Origin: Hydrolagus colliei | Lineage: Eukaryota | DNA length: 64,000 nucleotides | NCBI GenBank assembly: GCA_035084275.1 | Contig: CM068769.1 | Location: 558,001 to 622,000, forward strand | Direction: 5' to 3' | Shown: positions 11,068 to 23,875 of the stretch, piece after piece | Numbering within the stretch: the first letter of the stretch is position 1 | Layout of the letters: the number at the start of each line of letters is the position of its first letter | Notes under the pieces: generated by a model | What the model was told of the DNA's origin: nothing | Database searches by the model: none | Seen by the model: the letters and a program-made list of their open reading frames with translations, nothing else | Program-made: the position numbers and the translations under genes

Positions 11068-11907
11068 GGGCTCATTTCACAGTAATACAGCGCCGAGTCA
11101 TTAACTCTCACTTCAGTTATATTTATCGGGACAGTTCTTCCCACTTTATCCACCATCGTTGAGAATCGTTTGTTTGTAAAGTCGGCGTATTGTGGTCTAT
11201 TGCTAGTGGACGTCGAAAGGATATTTTCTGGGGCTGTGTTTGGATAATGGCGCTACCAGAACAGATAAAGAATGCTTGTGCCTGTAGCTGTATAATTACA
11301 CCTCTGATACACATCCTCCCCTTCCTTCACTGTCACGGTAGATAGGAGCTGCGTCACAGAGTCTCCTCCACAATGTCCTGGAAATCAGACACATGTCAGC
11401 GTTCCGTAGAATAACACCAATAACAAGAATAATGTAGGCATATGACAAAACTACATCTTGCGTCTTCATGTTAATTAAACGTTTACTACTGAATGTAGTT
11501 TAACGCATACTGTCGGTTTACTTTACGGTCGAAACGTAGTAGACATTTGTACACAATAGTGTTCCACAAACAGGCGTGGATTGAGTAACTGTATTAACAT
11601 TATCAGTATCACAAATTGACAGATAATTACCCCCCAATAAAGCAATCGGCCAACGGACCATATTCGAAATTACTTCCCAGGAATCACAGCAATGCGTGAT
11701 GAGTGACAAAACTTGCCTAATGTTTCGCGCTGTCCGTGCCGTGGAAGGATCCCAGATAATCTCGATTGTGACAGCTCTATAAAGCTTGTTGTGTATTCAT
11801 TATGTTAACCAATATACACTGGATAATAAGTTCAGTTGGCTGACTACACAATGAGTGTATGGCTTACCTGACAAGGCAGTGATGGCTGCTGCCACATATA
11901 TATACAT
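11068..11907 (-). pseudogene. TCR V segment V2 (family A), pseudogene
   Basis: Leader 11907-11868 (MYIYVAAAITALS, GTAAGC donor). V exon 11377-11068 GHCGGDSVTQ...RCNY...YLFW*RHYP...DSALYYCEMS with TAG at 11255-11253. RSS heptamer TACAGAG has lost the CAC; 23 bp; ACAACAACT. Confidence 0.9.
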
Positions 11908-13105
11908 TGCCGTGTATATGTAAAGGGCGCTGATAGTTTAGTTGGAGAATGTAGGCCGGGAAGCGGTAATATACCGTGAGGAGAGCTGAACACTAAATGA
12001 CAAAGAGGGAGCAGGTCTGAGGTTATGTACACACCTTACGTTTCTGTCAATGTGCGTCATCCTCTCTGCTCTGCCATCTCGCTTCTCCATTGGTTCTCTG
12101 CCATCACTGACGTGTCTTTGATCCACCGGGTGTCTGACACGTAGCAATATGGTTATTAGTCAACCAGTGAGTACGAGACACTTTAACTCCATGCTTCAAC
12201 TCGGTGTTCAGAGCACTAGATTTTCAAGTGTGTTCGAGTGCACGCAGATCAGGGCGAAAGCTTGGACAAGTTTCATTACACCACACACATGCCTACTACT
12301 AATCCGTGCAACAAAACCCATCACAATAATAGAATTGGTGATTTCAATCCACGATTGTTTGTGGGTCTGGCAGCCGCGTTTCGCCCACAAATATACAGTC
12401 AATTCACTTTACAGTGTACTCTGTGAAGCGCTTTAAGACTTCGATAAGATGTGAAAAGCGCTGTATCAAGTGCAAGAATTATTCTTCTTCTTATTAATTA
12501 ATGTTTGTTTCCAGGGGCATCATTCTATTGTTAAATGAGTAACTGAAAACACGTTTGTCTGTGGGACAATGCTGTTGTGTATGTTTGGTTGACAATCGAG
12601 TGATAATGTTTCTTGAATGGATTACCATCCTGCAAAAGGCGACATGCTAATTGACTATTAAATGGGTCCCTACTCACACTTCGGCAAACAGACAACAATA
12701 CTAATAATCTATGCGTTCGATATAGTGCCTTACCACGTCATCGAGACGTCGAGGAGCACTTCCCTGGTTGCAATGTGCTTTGCGTTTTACTTTATATGTT
12801 ATCGGATAAATGCGGCACATACCTGCGCACAGCAGTGTCTCGCAAAATGTCGGAGATTGAAGTGATCATTTTAATTTGGAATTATGACACGCGGAAAAGC
12901 CATCCACTATTGGAATAATAAACTGATTCCTATTAACTCCTATCTACTCAGAAGCGTGTGGTGCTAGAAAATAATGACCGAGTTTTGTGCCTGCTGGGAT
13001 ACGAACCAGCAATTTTATCGTTTGTGAAAAGCGTGCTTTAATCATTGAGCTACAGCAGCCTCAGCATGTTTTTTTACAGGCTCCTCTCAGACACGCAGCA
13101 CTGTG

Positions 13106-13568
13106 CTCTCTGCTGCACAGAAGTAAGTTGCCGTGTCTGTCACTCGCACGTCTATGATTGTCAGTGTGCTGTTCTTTGCTTTTGTATCAGCCAAAGCACT
13201 TATCCTCTGCTCCGCCTTTACCTCTCTTTTTCCCAACACCAATAACGCTATGGAGCCGTTTCCATACTGTTTGTACCATTGGAAGTTGCGGACTTCTACA
13301 TTGGTCCTGCATTCTATAAATACATTTCCAGTTTCGTTCGCTGCCATGGACAGAGGTCTCTGTGTCACTTCGCTTTCAGCCAAAACACCTGCGAAATACA
13401 AATGAAGAATCTAGGAGAGAAATTTGGGGAAAACAAACACCACCATCGACAAATTTTATGATTTCACAGTAAAGCAAAGATGTGATTCTCCCAATAAATA
13501 GTTTGCTTACATAGCAGTGTTGTCATTAACTTTACAAATATATATATTGGATTCAAATTCGGTTTCAT
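13106..13568 (-). CDS. TCR alpha/delta V segment V3 (family B), apparently functional
   Basis: Leader 13568-13511 (MKPNLNPIYIFVKLMTTLL). V exon 13388-13106 with C, W and C intact (IEC...FQWYKQ...YFCAAES). RSS CACAGTG/23/AAAAAAACA (nonamer variant). Confidence 0.9.
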
Positions 13569-14280
13569 TCTCTGGTTGGAACGTTACGAGCATTCAGCAA
13601 GGTTGACTGGAGTCTTTAGCTGTGCAGATGGTAATTATATTCTCGATCACGCCTTCACCCACAGCTCACTTCCGGCATGTTTGCTTGTGGTAAATTGTGC
13701 ATTCATTAGTAGACTTTCATCAGTGCTCATGCTTACTGCTGGGTAAACAGTGCCATGTGTATGGATGAAAGTAACCGTGCCCAGACTTTCTGCTTAGTCG
13801 AGCAGGGAATACAAGTCCATATCTGCACTTACCAAAGCCAATTTCTGGGTGAGCGTCACGACAGTTGGAACTCAAAACATTCCTATTGCTATAACCACCC
13901 CATTCGTCAGGGTTTTGGCTTGCAGGATTAATAGGAGCAGAGTGGAATGACTCCACTTTAACCGTGACTTGTCTGCTCTTCTAGGTTCTACTGATGAACC
14001 AGCCTGGTCTACCCTGTCATCCGCAGTTTCGTGAAATAATGCGAACTTGTCTACCTAAACAACATATCTACCACTGCAACTGGATTAGAGACCGTCGCAG
14101 ATAGATGGATAAATTCTGATATTCCGTTACAAAATTCAAGATAATCTGCCGTGAGAACTGCTTCCCTCCCATAAGTAGGAGAAGTGATTTTGCTCAGACT
14201 ATTGTGGACATTTACATAGTACAACGGCACCCTCTTTCGGCAGTAAAGCGCTACTGCGGTTTTTCATTTTTTATTGAGTA

Positions 14281-17200
14281 ACAACAACAACAACAAATTA
14301 CATTTATAAAGCGCATTTGACGTCGGTGGGACGTCCCAAGGCGCAGCACAGGAGGCGTGTGATCCGAGCTGGGAGGTGAGTGTACGCGGAGGGGTGAAAC
14401 ACGTAGGGGAGGTCGAAAAGTTCTGAGTGGAACAAAAGGCACGGTCGAAGAGGAAAGTCTTCAAACCGGCCTTGAAATTGGAAAGGGAAGAAACGAGACG
14501 GAGCGATTGAGGGATGGAATTCCATAAGCTGGGAGCGGTAAAACTGAAGGCCCGTCCTCTGATGGTGGGGCGGTTCGGGCGGGGGTTTTAGAGCAGGTCA
14601 AGTACTGCTGAACGGAGGGTCCGAGTGGGCTTGTAGCGGGAGAGTAGATTGGTTAAGTAGGGCGGGGCAAGGCCATGTAAGGCATTGAAGGTGAGGACGA
14701 GGATCTTGAATTCGATCCTCTGGAGGATGGGGAGCCAGGGGAGACGGGCTAGTGTGGGAGTTATATGGTCGCGAAAGCGGGTGCGGGATAATACACGGGC
14801 TGCAGAGATTTGGATAACGTGCAGCCTATGAATGGAGGAGATGGGGAGGCCGACGAGGAGAGCGTTTCCGTAGTCCAGCCTTGAGGTAGTGTATTTGTGC
14901 ACGAGTGTTTCGGTAGCGTGGGGGGTAAGATAATTGCGGAGCCTGGCAATATTGCGCAGGTGGAAATAAGCTGTGCCGGTCAAGGCACGGATGTGGGGGA
15001 GGAAGGAGAATTTTTGGTCGAACGTGATGCCGAGGTTCCTGACTGGCTTGATGAGGTGGAGAGTACAGCCTTGGATGTTGATGCTGGCAGCGCCCGATGT
15101 ACGGAGGAGCTGGCTTCTGCCAATCAGGAGGGCCGCGGTCTTACTCACGTTCAATTGCAGGAAGTTTTCCCTCGTCCAGGACTCGATGTCGGACAGACAC
15201 ACTGTCAGAAAATCGATGGCCTGGGGGTTGAGGTATGAGGCAGAAAGGTACAACTGGGTGTCGTCCGCATACATGTGGAAATTTACCCCATGTTTGCGGA
15301 TGGCATCGCCCAGAGGGAGCGTATAAATGGTGAAAAGGAGGCGGCCGAGGACAGAGCCCTGAGGGACGCCGTGAGAAACTGTGCGGAGGTTTGAGGAAAA
15401 ACACATTGGAAGATACAACGTGTAAACGGTGGGTGAAATAAAAATGGAACAATTCAAGGACTGTGCCTTGAAAGTTGAGGTGGGAGGAAAGACGTTGGAG
15501 GAGGATGGTGTGATCGACTGCGTCGAACGCAGCAGATAGGTCAAGGAGGACGAGGAGGCAAAGGGAGCCTGGTCACAGGCGGTTAGGATATCATTTGTAA
15601 CCTTAACTAGGGCAGTTTCTGTGCTGTGAGTGGGGCGGAAACCTGATTGGAGGGGTTCAAGGAGTGAGTGAGTTGAAAGGAAAGAGCGGAGCTGGGAGGC
15701 AACCACTCTTTCAAGGACCTTGGATAAAAACGGGAGGTGGGAAATGGGTCGATAGCTTGATGGTTGCGACGCATCAAGGGAGGGTTTCTTCAGGATAGGC
15801 GTGATGGTGGCGGTTTTAAGGGTGATAGCGACGGTACCTGAGGAGAGGGAATTGCTGATGATGTCAGAAATGAACGGGTCCAAAACGTGCAGCTGGGTGT
15901 GGAGTCGGGGGGGTGGATATGGGTTCCACTGAGCATGTGGTGGGTTTCATGGAGGTGATTATTTTTGTGATTAAAGACGGGTTAGTGGGGTTGAAAGTAT
16001 GAAATGGGGTGTGGGTGGGGGTTGATGAAACGGATGGAGGTGCGGAGGTGGAGAAGAGGTCGAGGGAGGAATCCGCGGAGCGGAGTTTCTCTATTTTGGA
16101 CTCGAGGAAGTCCAACATCTCCTCACAAAGTTCGTTTGAGGAGAGAATCTGCGAAGCGAGACAGGGGGGCGGAGGAGCTGGTTGGTCGTGGCGAAAAGGA
16201 GGCGGTGGTTGTCCTTCGCTTCCAGGATTATCGTGGAATATAAAGCTGATTTGGCGGTGGCTAGGTCGGAGCGGTAAAATTTTATGCGGTCCAGCCAGAT
16301 TTGCCGGTGGACCGTGAGGCCAGATTTGAGCCAGGTGAGTTCAGCTGCTCTCACTTGGCTTTTGAGGGAGCGGAGGTTAGTTGTGTACCACGTTGATTAT
16401 CGGGAGTGGGAGACGGTTCTGGAGGTGAGGGGGGCCAGGTGTCGAGGCTGGTGGAGAGGGTGTTATGGAGGGCGGTGGTGGCGGATGATCGGTCGGTGCA
16501 TAAAGAGTGCCACTTTGGGAGGAGGTCGGAGGTTTCGAGGGCAGAGTTGAAAGTTTGAGGGGGAATCTTCTTCCAGGGATGGTAGAAGATGGTGGTCGGT
16601 TTGGAAGTGGAGGGGGGATGGATAGAGTTGTTGAAAGAAATGAAAAAATGGTCTGAAATGGCCTTGTCGATGATGGTGACTCCAGAGACGTTGAGGCCTC
16701 GGGTGATCACCAGATCGAGCGGATGTTCGTGGGCGCGGGTGGCACTGTTAATGTGAAGGGAGAAGTTGAAAGACCAAAGTAAAGAGGAGAATTCAGAGGA
16801 AATGGGGTCAGGAGGGAGTGAAATGGAGGTTGACGTCGCCAAGAATGATGAGGCGATCAGAGGAAACGCAAAGGGAGGTTAAAAGTGAAGAGAAATCTGA
16901 AATGAAAGTGGGGGAGGGTTTGGGGGGGCCATGAACTAATAGGATTTTGAAGGAATTGTGGGAGGAGTGAGAGAGGGTGAACTGTTCTAAAGAGGGGAAA
17001 AAACCGGAGGAGTAGAGGGATAGGGCGAGGGATGAATTTGAAATGAGGGCCACACCACCGCCTCGACGGTTGGGTCGAGCGGCATGGACGAATTTGTAAT
17101 TGGGTGGTGTTGCATCTACGAGTGCGAAAGTGTCGCCTAGGGTAATCCCGGTCTCCGTCAGGGCCATGATGTCAACGTTCTCATCAAGAATGTGATCGTT

Positions 17201-18184
17201 GATGGCCAGGGTCTTGTTGCAGACAGAGCGGACATTTTGGAGGCCGATGCGGAAAAAGCAGTTGGCCGAGGGTTGAGAGGGGGGGGCTGGGATGGTCGGC
17301 GGGGAGGGGGGGGATCTGGATAAGGGAGGAGAGGTTGACCGCCCGGGTTTGTATCCGGTGGGGCTGGCGGTGATGGTGGGGGACAGGACACGTGGGGTGG
17401 CTGTTGTTGGACAGCCAGCGCCGAATGCCACGGTGAGCCCAACGGAGAACTCCAAAACTGGAACAAAGGGAAGCGGTGGGAGGGTCGAGCAGGGACAGTA
17501 GTCGACGAGGGCGAAGAGAAAGAAGGGTAGAGAAGGAATAACGGAGAGGGGGGATTGGGGTGAAAGAATTGAGGAGAGGAGGGAAGCTCGGGTCATGGCG
17601 GCAGCCATATTGCGCAAGCGGGAGATCAGGAGGGAGGGATCAATGGGGCGGCATCATCCAAAGCGATGTGAGGCCGTGACAGGGGGATGCAGCGGCGTTG
17701 CGGTCTGGTGCCTGGCCGGGACTGAGGCGGAAGCTGGGGCTGTGGGTTTCAGGGCCGGTTGCCGTGTCTGCGTGGGCCCGGGCCACGGGGCGACGAGTCA
17801 AGGCTGGAGCCGGGACCGGGGTAGAGAATCTCGGGGCTGTGTGCCTTGAAGCCGGTCATGGAACCGGCGATGCGGGTCACGGAGCTGTTGGTCGCGGGGC
17901 TGGAACCGGTGGCTGTGGGTCCTGGGTCTGTGAGTCTCGGGGCTGGAGCCGGGGCTGCGGGTCCTGGGGCTGTGGCTGGAGTCGGTGCTGTGGGTCCTGT
18001 GGCTGGGGCTGTGGCTGGGGCCGGGTCTGTGGGTCTCGGGGCTGGAGCCAGTTCGAGCAATCTCTGCTATGTGGACTTCTTAATCTCATGCTGCACAGAG
18101 ACAGCTGTGAGTCTCGGGGGACAGAAGGGACACATAGAGGACAGCCTAGACATGTCCTCTATGTGTCCCTCTCGCCGCCATTTT
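14281..18184 (-). mobile_element. L2 LINE, near full length, frameshifted
   Basis: APE domain (IGLQNVRS, DIMALTET, LGDVNLH) at 16.8-17.3 kb. RT (VPQGSVLG, YADDTQLY) in ORF 14588-15883. (GTT)n tail at 14281-14294. GC-rich repeats at the 5' end. Confidence 0.93.
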
Positions 18185-18185
18185 T

Positions 18186-18989
18186 AAAAGCTGCAGCATC
18201 ATGCCAGTTTGCCAAATAATGTACCAAGGATCTCTGTAGCCTGAGAAGTTTATTGACTCTGAATTTCTCCGGTACAAGAAAAATAATACATATGTCATCC
18301 ATAATATTGCGAAATTTACCGGAATCGCAAACAGTAAAATAATGGCTTTCTTTGGTTCTTCATCTCTGGATCACTGTCTCCCTCACCTCTATTCCTGTCA
18401 CCATCACTGTGTCCCCGCAATCTGCTGCGGGCTCGACTGGCCACCAGGTTGTGCCTGACAGTCAGGGCGTTCAACAGCAAAATCCCAACGAATGGGAGAA
18501 TTTGGGTTAAAACAAGGTCGAGGAGGTCAAACACATTCCATGGGATAAACGAGTAAACGCTTGCTTTGGCCACGCAAATCCACGATATGCTGTTAAATAT
18601 GAACTCTGGTTCATAGACAAAGTTCCAGGGAATGTTTAGCCCAATGAAGAACACACTGAGCCCCGCTATCACTGCAGCAGCTGTTTTTTCGGTGCAATAT
18701 TTAGTTTTCAGTTGTTGGCAGCAGATGGCGACATATCGATCGAAGGTTAAAGCTACAGTTAGCCAGACAGAGATTGCCGATGCTGCAGTTCTCAGCGCCT
18801 CTAGCAACGAGCAAACATGGGTGACGTTCACGAATGAATATGGGAAGTAGAAAGGAACAATGCGATAGAAAATCACCACAAAAATTACCATAATCAGATC
18901 AGGCACTGACATGGCCAGCAGAGAGTGGGAGACACATTTTGAAAGACCGCACCTCCCTCGGGACAGGATCAGAATGGCTACCATGTTAG
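18186..18989 (-). pseudogene. Rhodopsin-class orphan GPCR pseudogene, GPR139/GPR142-like
   Basis: Acceptor TCTCTGCAG|CT at 18990/18989, then NMVAILILSRGRCGLSKC...FDRYVAIC...PFVGILLLNALTVRH. A 1-nt deletion near 18345 shifts TM6 (restored: RKSIILLFAI...WMT). Ends at MLQLL in TM7 where the L2 begins. Confidence 0.85.
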
Positions 18990-19149
18990 CTGCAGAGAGG
19001 GTGAACGTAAAATGACCAGTTATAATAATCAATTTCTACAGTTCATTTTCTGCTGGTAGAGTAATATTTTCTGCTGCGCTTTCTGTTGGGTACTTTTCGC
19101 TTCTCACACATGAATTCACTATTTTTGCGACATCAAAGTGCGATGGAGA

Positions 19150-22100
19150 GAAGTCTGGCTCGCTGCCCATCGCCAGGAGTCACATTCGCACGCACATGCA
19201 GAGGCAGAAAAAGATGCACAGACAGCGGGAAATGCACTGACATGAAGACAGGGAAAAAGAGCAAGAAACAAATACGGAACACGCAGGACGATGTAGAGAA
19301 AAGTAAATTCAGGCCGAAATGCAGAAATACACTTTTATGTATATCGGCAGAAAGACCTCTACCTGTTCTGAGAGAGAGAGACCGTCACAGACAAAGGGGG
19401 AATGGGAGATACAGAGATACAACTACACAGAGAGTTAAACACAGACACAATGAGTTTGGTACAGAGATACAGCGAGTCAGATAGATGCACTCAGACTGAC
19501 AGATAGAGGGTTATTCAAAGACAGAGGGAGAGAATCACTGATACAAAGAGAAATGCACAGAGACAGATTCATATAGATATATATGCACACAGGCAGAGAG
19601 AGCGACACATCGCCTAAATACACGTACACAAACATACAGATGAATTAGACAGATATGCACACAGATAGAGATAAAATTACATACAAGGTGAGAAAGATTC
19701 ACCGACAAGTAGAGACAATTCCACACACAGGCAATGGTAGTAAATATTTGAAGCAGATGTGGATGTAGATCGATACATAGATAGACACACACACGCAACT
19801 AGAGAATGAGAACAGAGAGGGGGGGGGGGGGGGAGACGCAGAAACAAACAGAAGAACAGCCACATGCAGAGAGATATACAAAGAAGTACAGAATGAGACA
19901 GGGAGACCTACATAGGTCTTGTGGGGTCAGTCTAGAACGAGACACATGTAAAAACGTTTCACCTGCACAGCAGTAAACAAACCCAACTAAGACTTCCATG
20001 AATCTCAATTTTACATGTAAATCCCATAGATAGATTGTTGGAAAATAATGCAGAGAGAAGCTATCTCTACATATGTCTGCTGATCTGTTTGTCCATGCGT
20101 ATCTCTTCCTCTCTCCCCCCCTCTCTCTCTCCATAGGCCGTGGTGTTCATGTCCGTATTTCAATATATAGCTCTATTTCGGTATCACTGCAAATCTCCCT
20201 CTCACTGCCTGTGGGCAATATGCTTTACTTTCATATTCTTATGGATGGCGATATGATTCCTTAAGACTCAAGCCCCCCAGCTGACCAAACTAAATCTATA
20301 TGAACAATTATGTGTGGAGCAAAGAAACTTGCCTTATGTTTCCCACTACTTCATAATGAAACCCGGTCTTCCGGCTTGACAGTTCAATGCTGTAGTAATG
20401 GAGAGAGGGGAATACGGATAGCGGAAAGACAGCTCACAAAATACGTGGAGAAGGGGATTGATATCAATGGAAAGAGAGAGGGACACGCATACATAGAGAA
20501 ATAGGTACTCACAGTCACATATAGAGCGAGAGAGATAGACACAGATCAATACATGAAGAGACAGCGAGATGTAAACAGGTAAAAATGTTGACGTACAATG
20601 TGCAATAAACACGGTCAGAGAGTATGTAGCACGCAGTTTGGGACAGTGCCGCAGGACTCTGGATCCTCAGCAGCCTGGGGAGGGAGTAGTTGGGAAAACC
20701 GTCCAACAGAGTATTTGCATTGCCAAGCCGGAATGTAATGAAGACATGAATGAGGCTATCAGCGGCTTTGAAGTGGTGCGTTATTGGCGGAGTCAGGCAA
20801 TGTGGGTTAGATGAGGAAAGTAAGTTGGTGGCATTGCTTGGATGTGACGGAGGCAAGACACGTGAGTGTCGAACAAGACAACAAGGTATCTGAGTGGCTT
20901 GATGAGGTCAAGTGAGCAACGATGGAGGTTGACACTACCAGCGACGGATGCTTCAAGACGCTGGCGAGAGCTAATCAACAGTGAATGTATAGAAATAGCT
21001 GGAGAATAACAGAGAGATGAAGGGATGCAATGCGACAGCGAGAGTGCTAACCACGCAGAAAGAAAAGGACAGATAGACACGGATAGAAATGGACACAACG
21101 AGGCACAATTACACAGATATACCGAGAAAGAAAGAGAAAGATGCAAATAAACAGAGATAATAATATTAAATCTTGCTTTTCATGTAGCGCTTTTTGCGTC
21201 TTCCAGAAGTCTCAAAGTGCATCACAGAATAGAGTGAGTATAAGTGAATTGACTGTCTATTTGTGAGCGAAATGTAGCAAGTCAGTGTCACACAAGCAGT
21301 GATGGAGTGAAATCAACATTTTTTGTCAGGCATTATTAATAGGCGAGTAAAGTAAGGAAACCTGCCCAAGATTTCACACTAACCTGCCAGGAATTGAAGA
21401 CAGATCTCTTGCTATTAAGTCTAGTGCTCTAACAACTGAGCTACGGTAGAAGGGGAGGTACAGGGGATGGCGATTTTCAAAGTATTGCAGAGACAGCGGC
21501 AGACACACAGAGGCACAGCTTGAGATACTAGACAGACGGAAGCAGATCGGGAAAGACACACACAACGCGTACTTAAGGAGAAAAAGTTAAGCACGTATAA
21601 ATGAATAGAGGGCGAGAGAGCCGCACACGGTCAGAGAGAGGGAGTTACAGACAGCGGAGGAAGAAAGTGCATGATATATGCAGACATACGGTGATACACG
21701 AGCAAAGAGACTGAGAGGTAAACACACAACAAGAGAATGATACACACAGACACAGAGAATAAATACATACCAACAGAGAGATTCACACACACAAAGTGAA
21801 AGCAACACACACTGTATTTAGATGTGTAGAGATACAGATACAACATTAGATACATAGAAATATGTACACGCTGACGGAGAATAATGGACAAACAGAAAGA
21901 GAGAAAAAGAGAGGCAGAGACGTGCTCACAGACAGTCAGAGTGCTACACATAGTGTGAGACAGGGGGTTAACGGGACAGCAAGAGATAAGCAGAGAAATT
22001 GAGAGAAAGGGATGGAGATATACATAAACAACATGAGTAAAAACAACAGCTTACATGTATGTAGCGCCTTTCACACCGGGTAGCTAACACAGAGAGAGAC

Positions 22101-22330
22101 AAATACAGAATCATATCCAGCACACTGCGAGAAAAGAAACAGAGAGAGCGCGCAACAGCTATAGAAACTCAAACAGATATAAACCCAGCCACACAGGGAG
22201 AAAAAGTAAGACAAATGAGTAGGATACAGAAACAAAGGCATTCAGATAGATTCAGAATCATGCACAGCCAGAGGGATCCGGAGAGTCACGGAGACACAAA
22301 GAGACAGAGAGAGCACAAATATACATAATA
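19150..22330. repeat. Degenerate (AG/AC)-rich low-complexity tracts with embedded SINE/L2 fragments
   Basis: Long GA/CA dinucleotide-biased stretches. The ORFs here are compositional artefacts. Confidence 0.75.
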
Positions 22331-23557
22331 AGAATCCTGGTATTTTTAAGTAGCACTCTTCGAGTCTTGTAGGCTTCTCATGCGCTCGACCGAATCTACA
22401 CTGACGTGAATTGACTGTAAATTTGTGCAGGAAATACAGCAGCCAATGGCGCATAAATTTGTTATCCATTGTAGTGATCAATGTGATATTAGTTTTTTCT
22501 TTCTTGGGGGATTAATCACAGGTGTATGACGTAAGGTAACTTGTAAGGATGCTATCACACTGCCAGGAAATGAAATTCCGTCTATCGACTCCACAAATTA
22601 TTTTGCTCTTAATTTATCAATCAAACAATGAATCAAAACTTAAATCTACATAGCGTCGTTCACGTCGAAAGGACGTCCAAGGCGCTGTAGTGTCAGGAGT
22701 GGACAAGGGCAGTGGGGAGACGCCGTGGCAGGATGAAGAAGAGTAGGAAAATTGACTATATTTCTGGGATCAAAGCGGAAGACAGATTGCGCAGAGCAGT
22801 GTCGCACAATCAGCCATGGCAGTGGGATTAAGAGAGAAAGGGGGGAAAGATGGCAAGGGGAGGTGGCGGGGGAGTCAGCGTAGGGGGAAGCAGAGCAGGA
22901 AAGCCGACGTTTTGTAGGCGAAACCCCACCCCATCGCAGCAGACAAATTGTGCTCAGCAGCGTCCCACAGACGGTCACTGAAATTGGGACAGGGAGGAAA
23001 TGTGGAAAAGAGGGTATAGGGGGAGAGGGATGTCAACGGGGCAGATTGAAGGTAAAATGGGGTGGGGTAAAGTAAGAGAGGAAGAGCGGGAAGCAACGAG
23101 GTTAAGTGGAAACTAAAACGGGTTAAAATACACAATTGCCTGATTCAGAGGGACAGTGGTAAACCGGTCGAGCTGCAAGCCTTAATGCATATTAATAAAG
23201 AAATTAACTTTGGTAAAACACTTGCCGGGAAAACCGAATGCAGCGAGAATCGAGTGGTAAATGTCTTTCTATTCTGAGAATAATCGGAGTTGTCATCTTC
23301 AAATCGGAAATTATTACGTCTTCTCTCGGCAGAGGCAGCTGCTGACGGCTGAACGATGATGCTAGAAAGTCTCAAACGGATTCTTATACAAACCAACAGT
23401 GATCGCTTTGTTGAGCAATGTTACCACGGGGTCGTCGATGAATTTGAGCCGCATGCAAAACAGTTACTCAACGTGTGTAATGTCATTAACCTCAAGGATT
23501 TAATTTTGGGGGGCAGCCCATTGTTTCATCAAAGCTGAATTATTGCGAACTCCCTTT

Positions 23558-23875
23558 AGCTCAGAGGTTAGAGCACTCGCCTTGCAAGCGTGAAACATGT
23601 GTTCGAATCCAGGCAAGTCGGCGTGAAACCTTGAGTAAATGTCCTTGCTCCACAAGGCTGAAAATAATCCTCCCAATAAAAACACAACAATAAAAATTGG
23701 TCTTGTGAACCCACGACTGTTTGTGGGGGGGGGACGCTGCTGTGCGCAATTAGCTGCCGCGTTTTGCCTATAAATATACAGTCACTTCACTTTACAGTAT
23801 ATATTGTGAAGCACTTTGATACATTGATCAGATGCGAAACGCGCTACAGCAAATGCAAGGTTTATTATTATTATC
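23558..23875 (+). mobile_element. tRNA-derived SINE with L2-like tail (representative of a family)
   Basis: Box A AGCTCAGAGGTTAGAGC, box B GTTCGAATCC, body CACGACTGTTTGT...AATTAGCTGCCGCGTTT, tail TTCACTTTACAGT...GTGAAGCACTTTG...(ATT)n. Related copies near 12200-12495, 28370-28810(-), 39355-39640, 42520-43100, 60000-60320 and 62510-62820. Confidence 0.85.

Noticed and set aside
17595-18219. Ala/Gly/Pro-rich ORFs on both strands
   Set aside because: Products of GC-rich tandem repeats in the L2 5' region.
19963-20060. Candidate first exon of the GPCR (…VLVGFVYCCA|GT, phase 1)
   Set aside because: Phase is compatible, but there is no recognisable similarity to the expected YYP.LA..GVP start and no clear ATG.
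23558-23615. tRNA-like sequences (box A/B) here and at about 10960, 21390, 25150, 28760, 39355, 60005, 61830 and 62510
   Set aside because: They are SINE heads: each is degenerate, lacks a complete cloverleaf, and most continue into the shared SINE body and tail.
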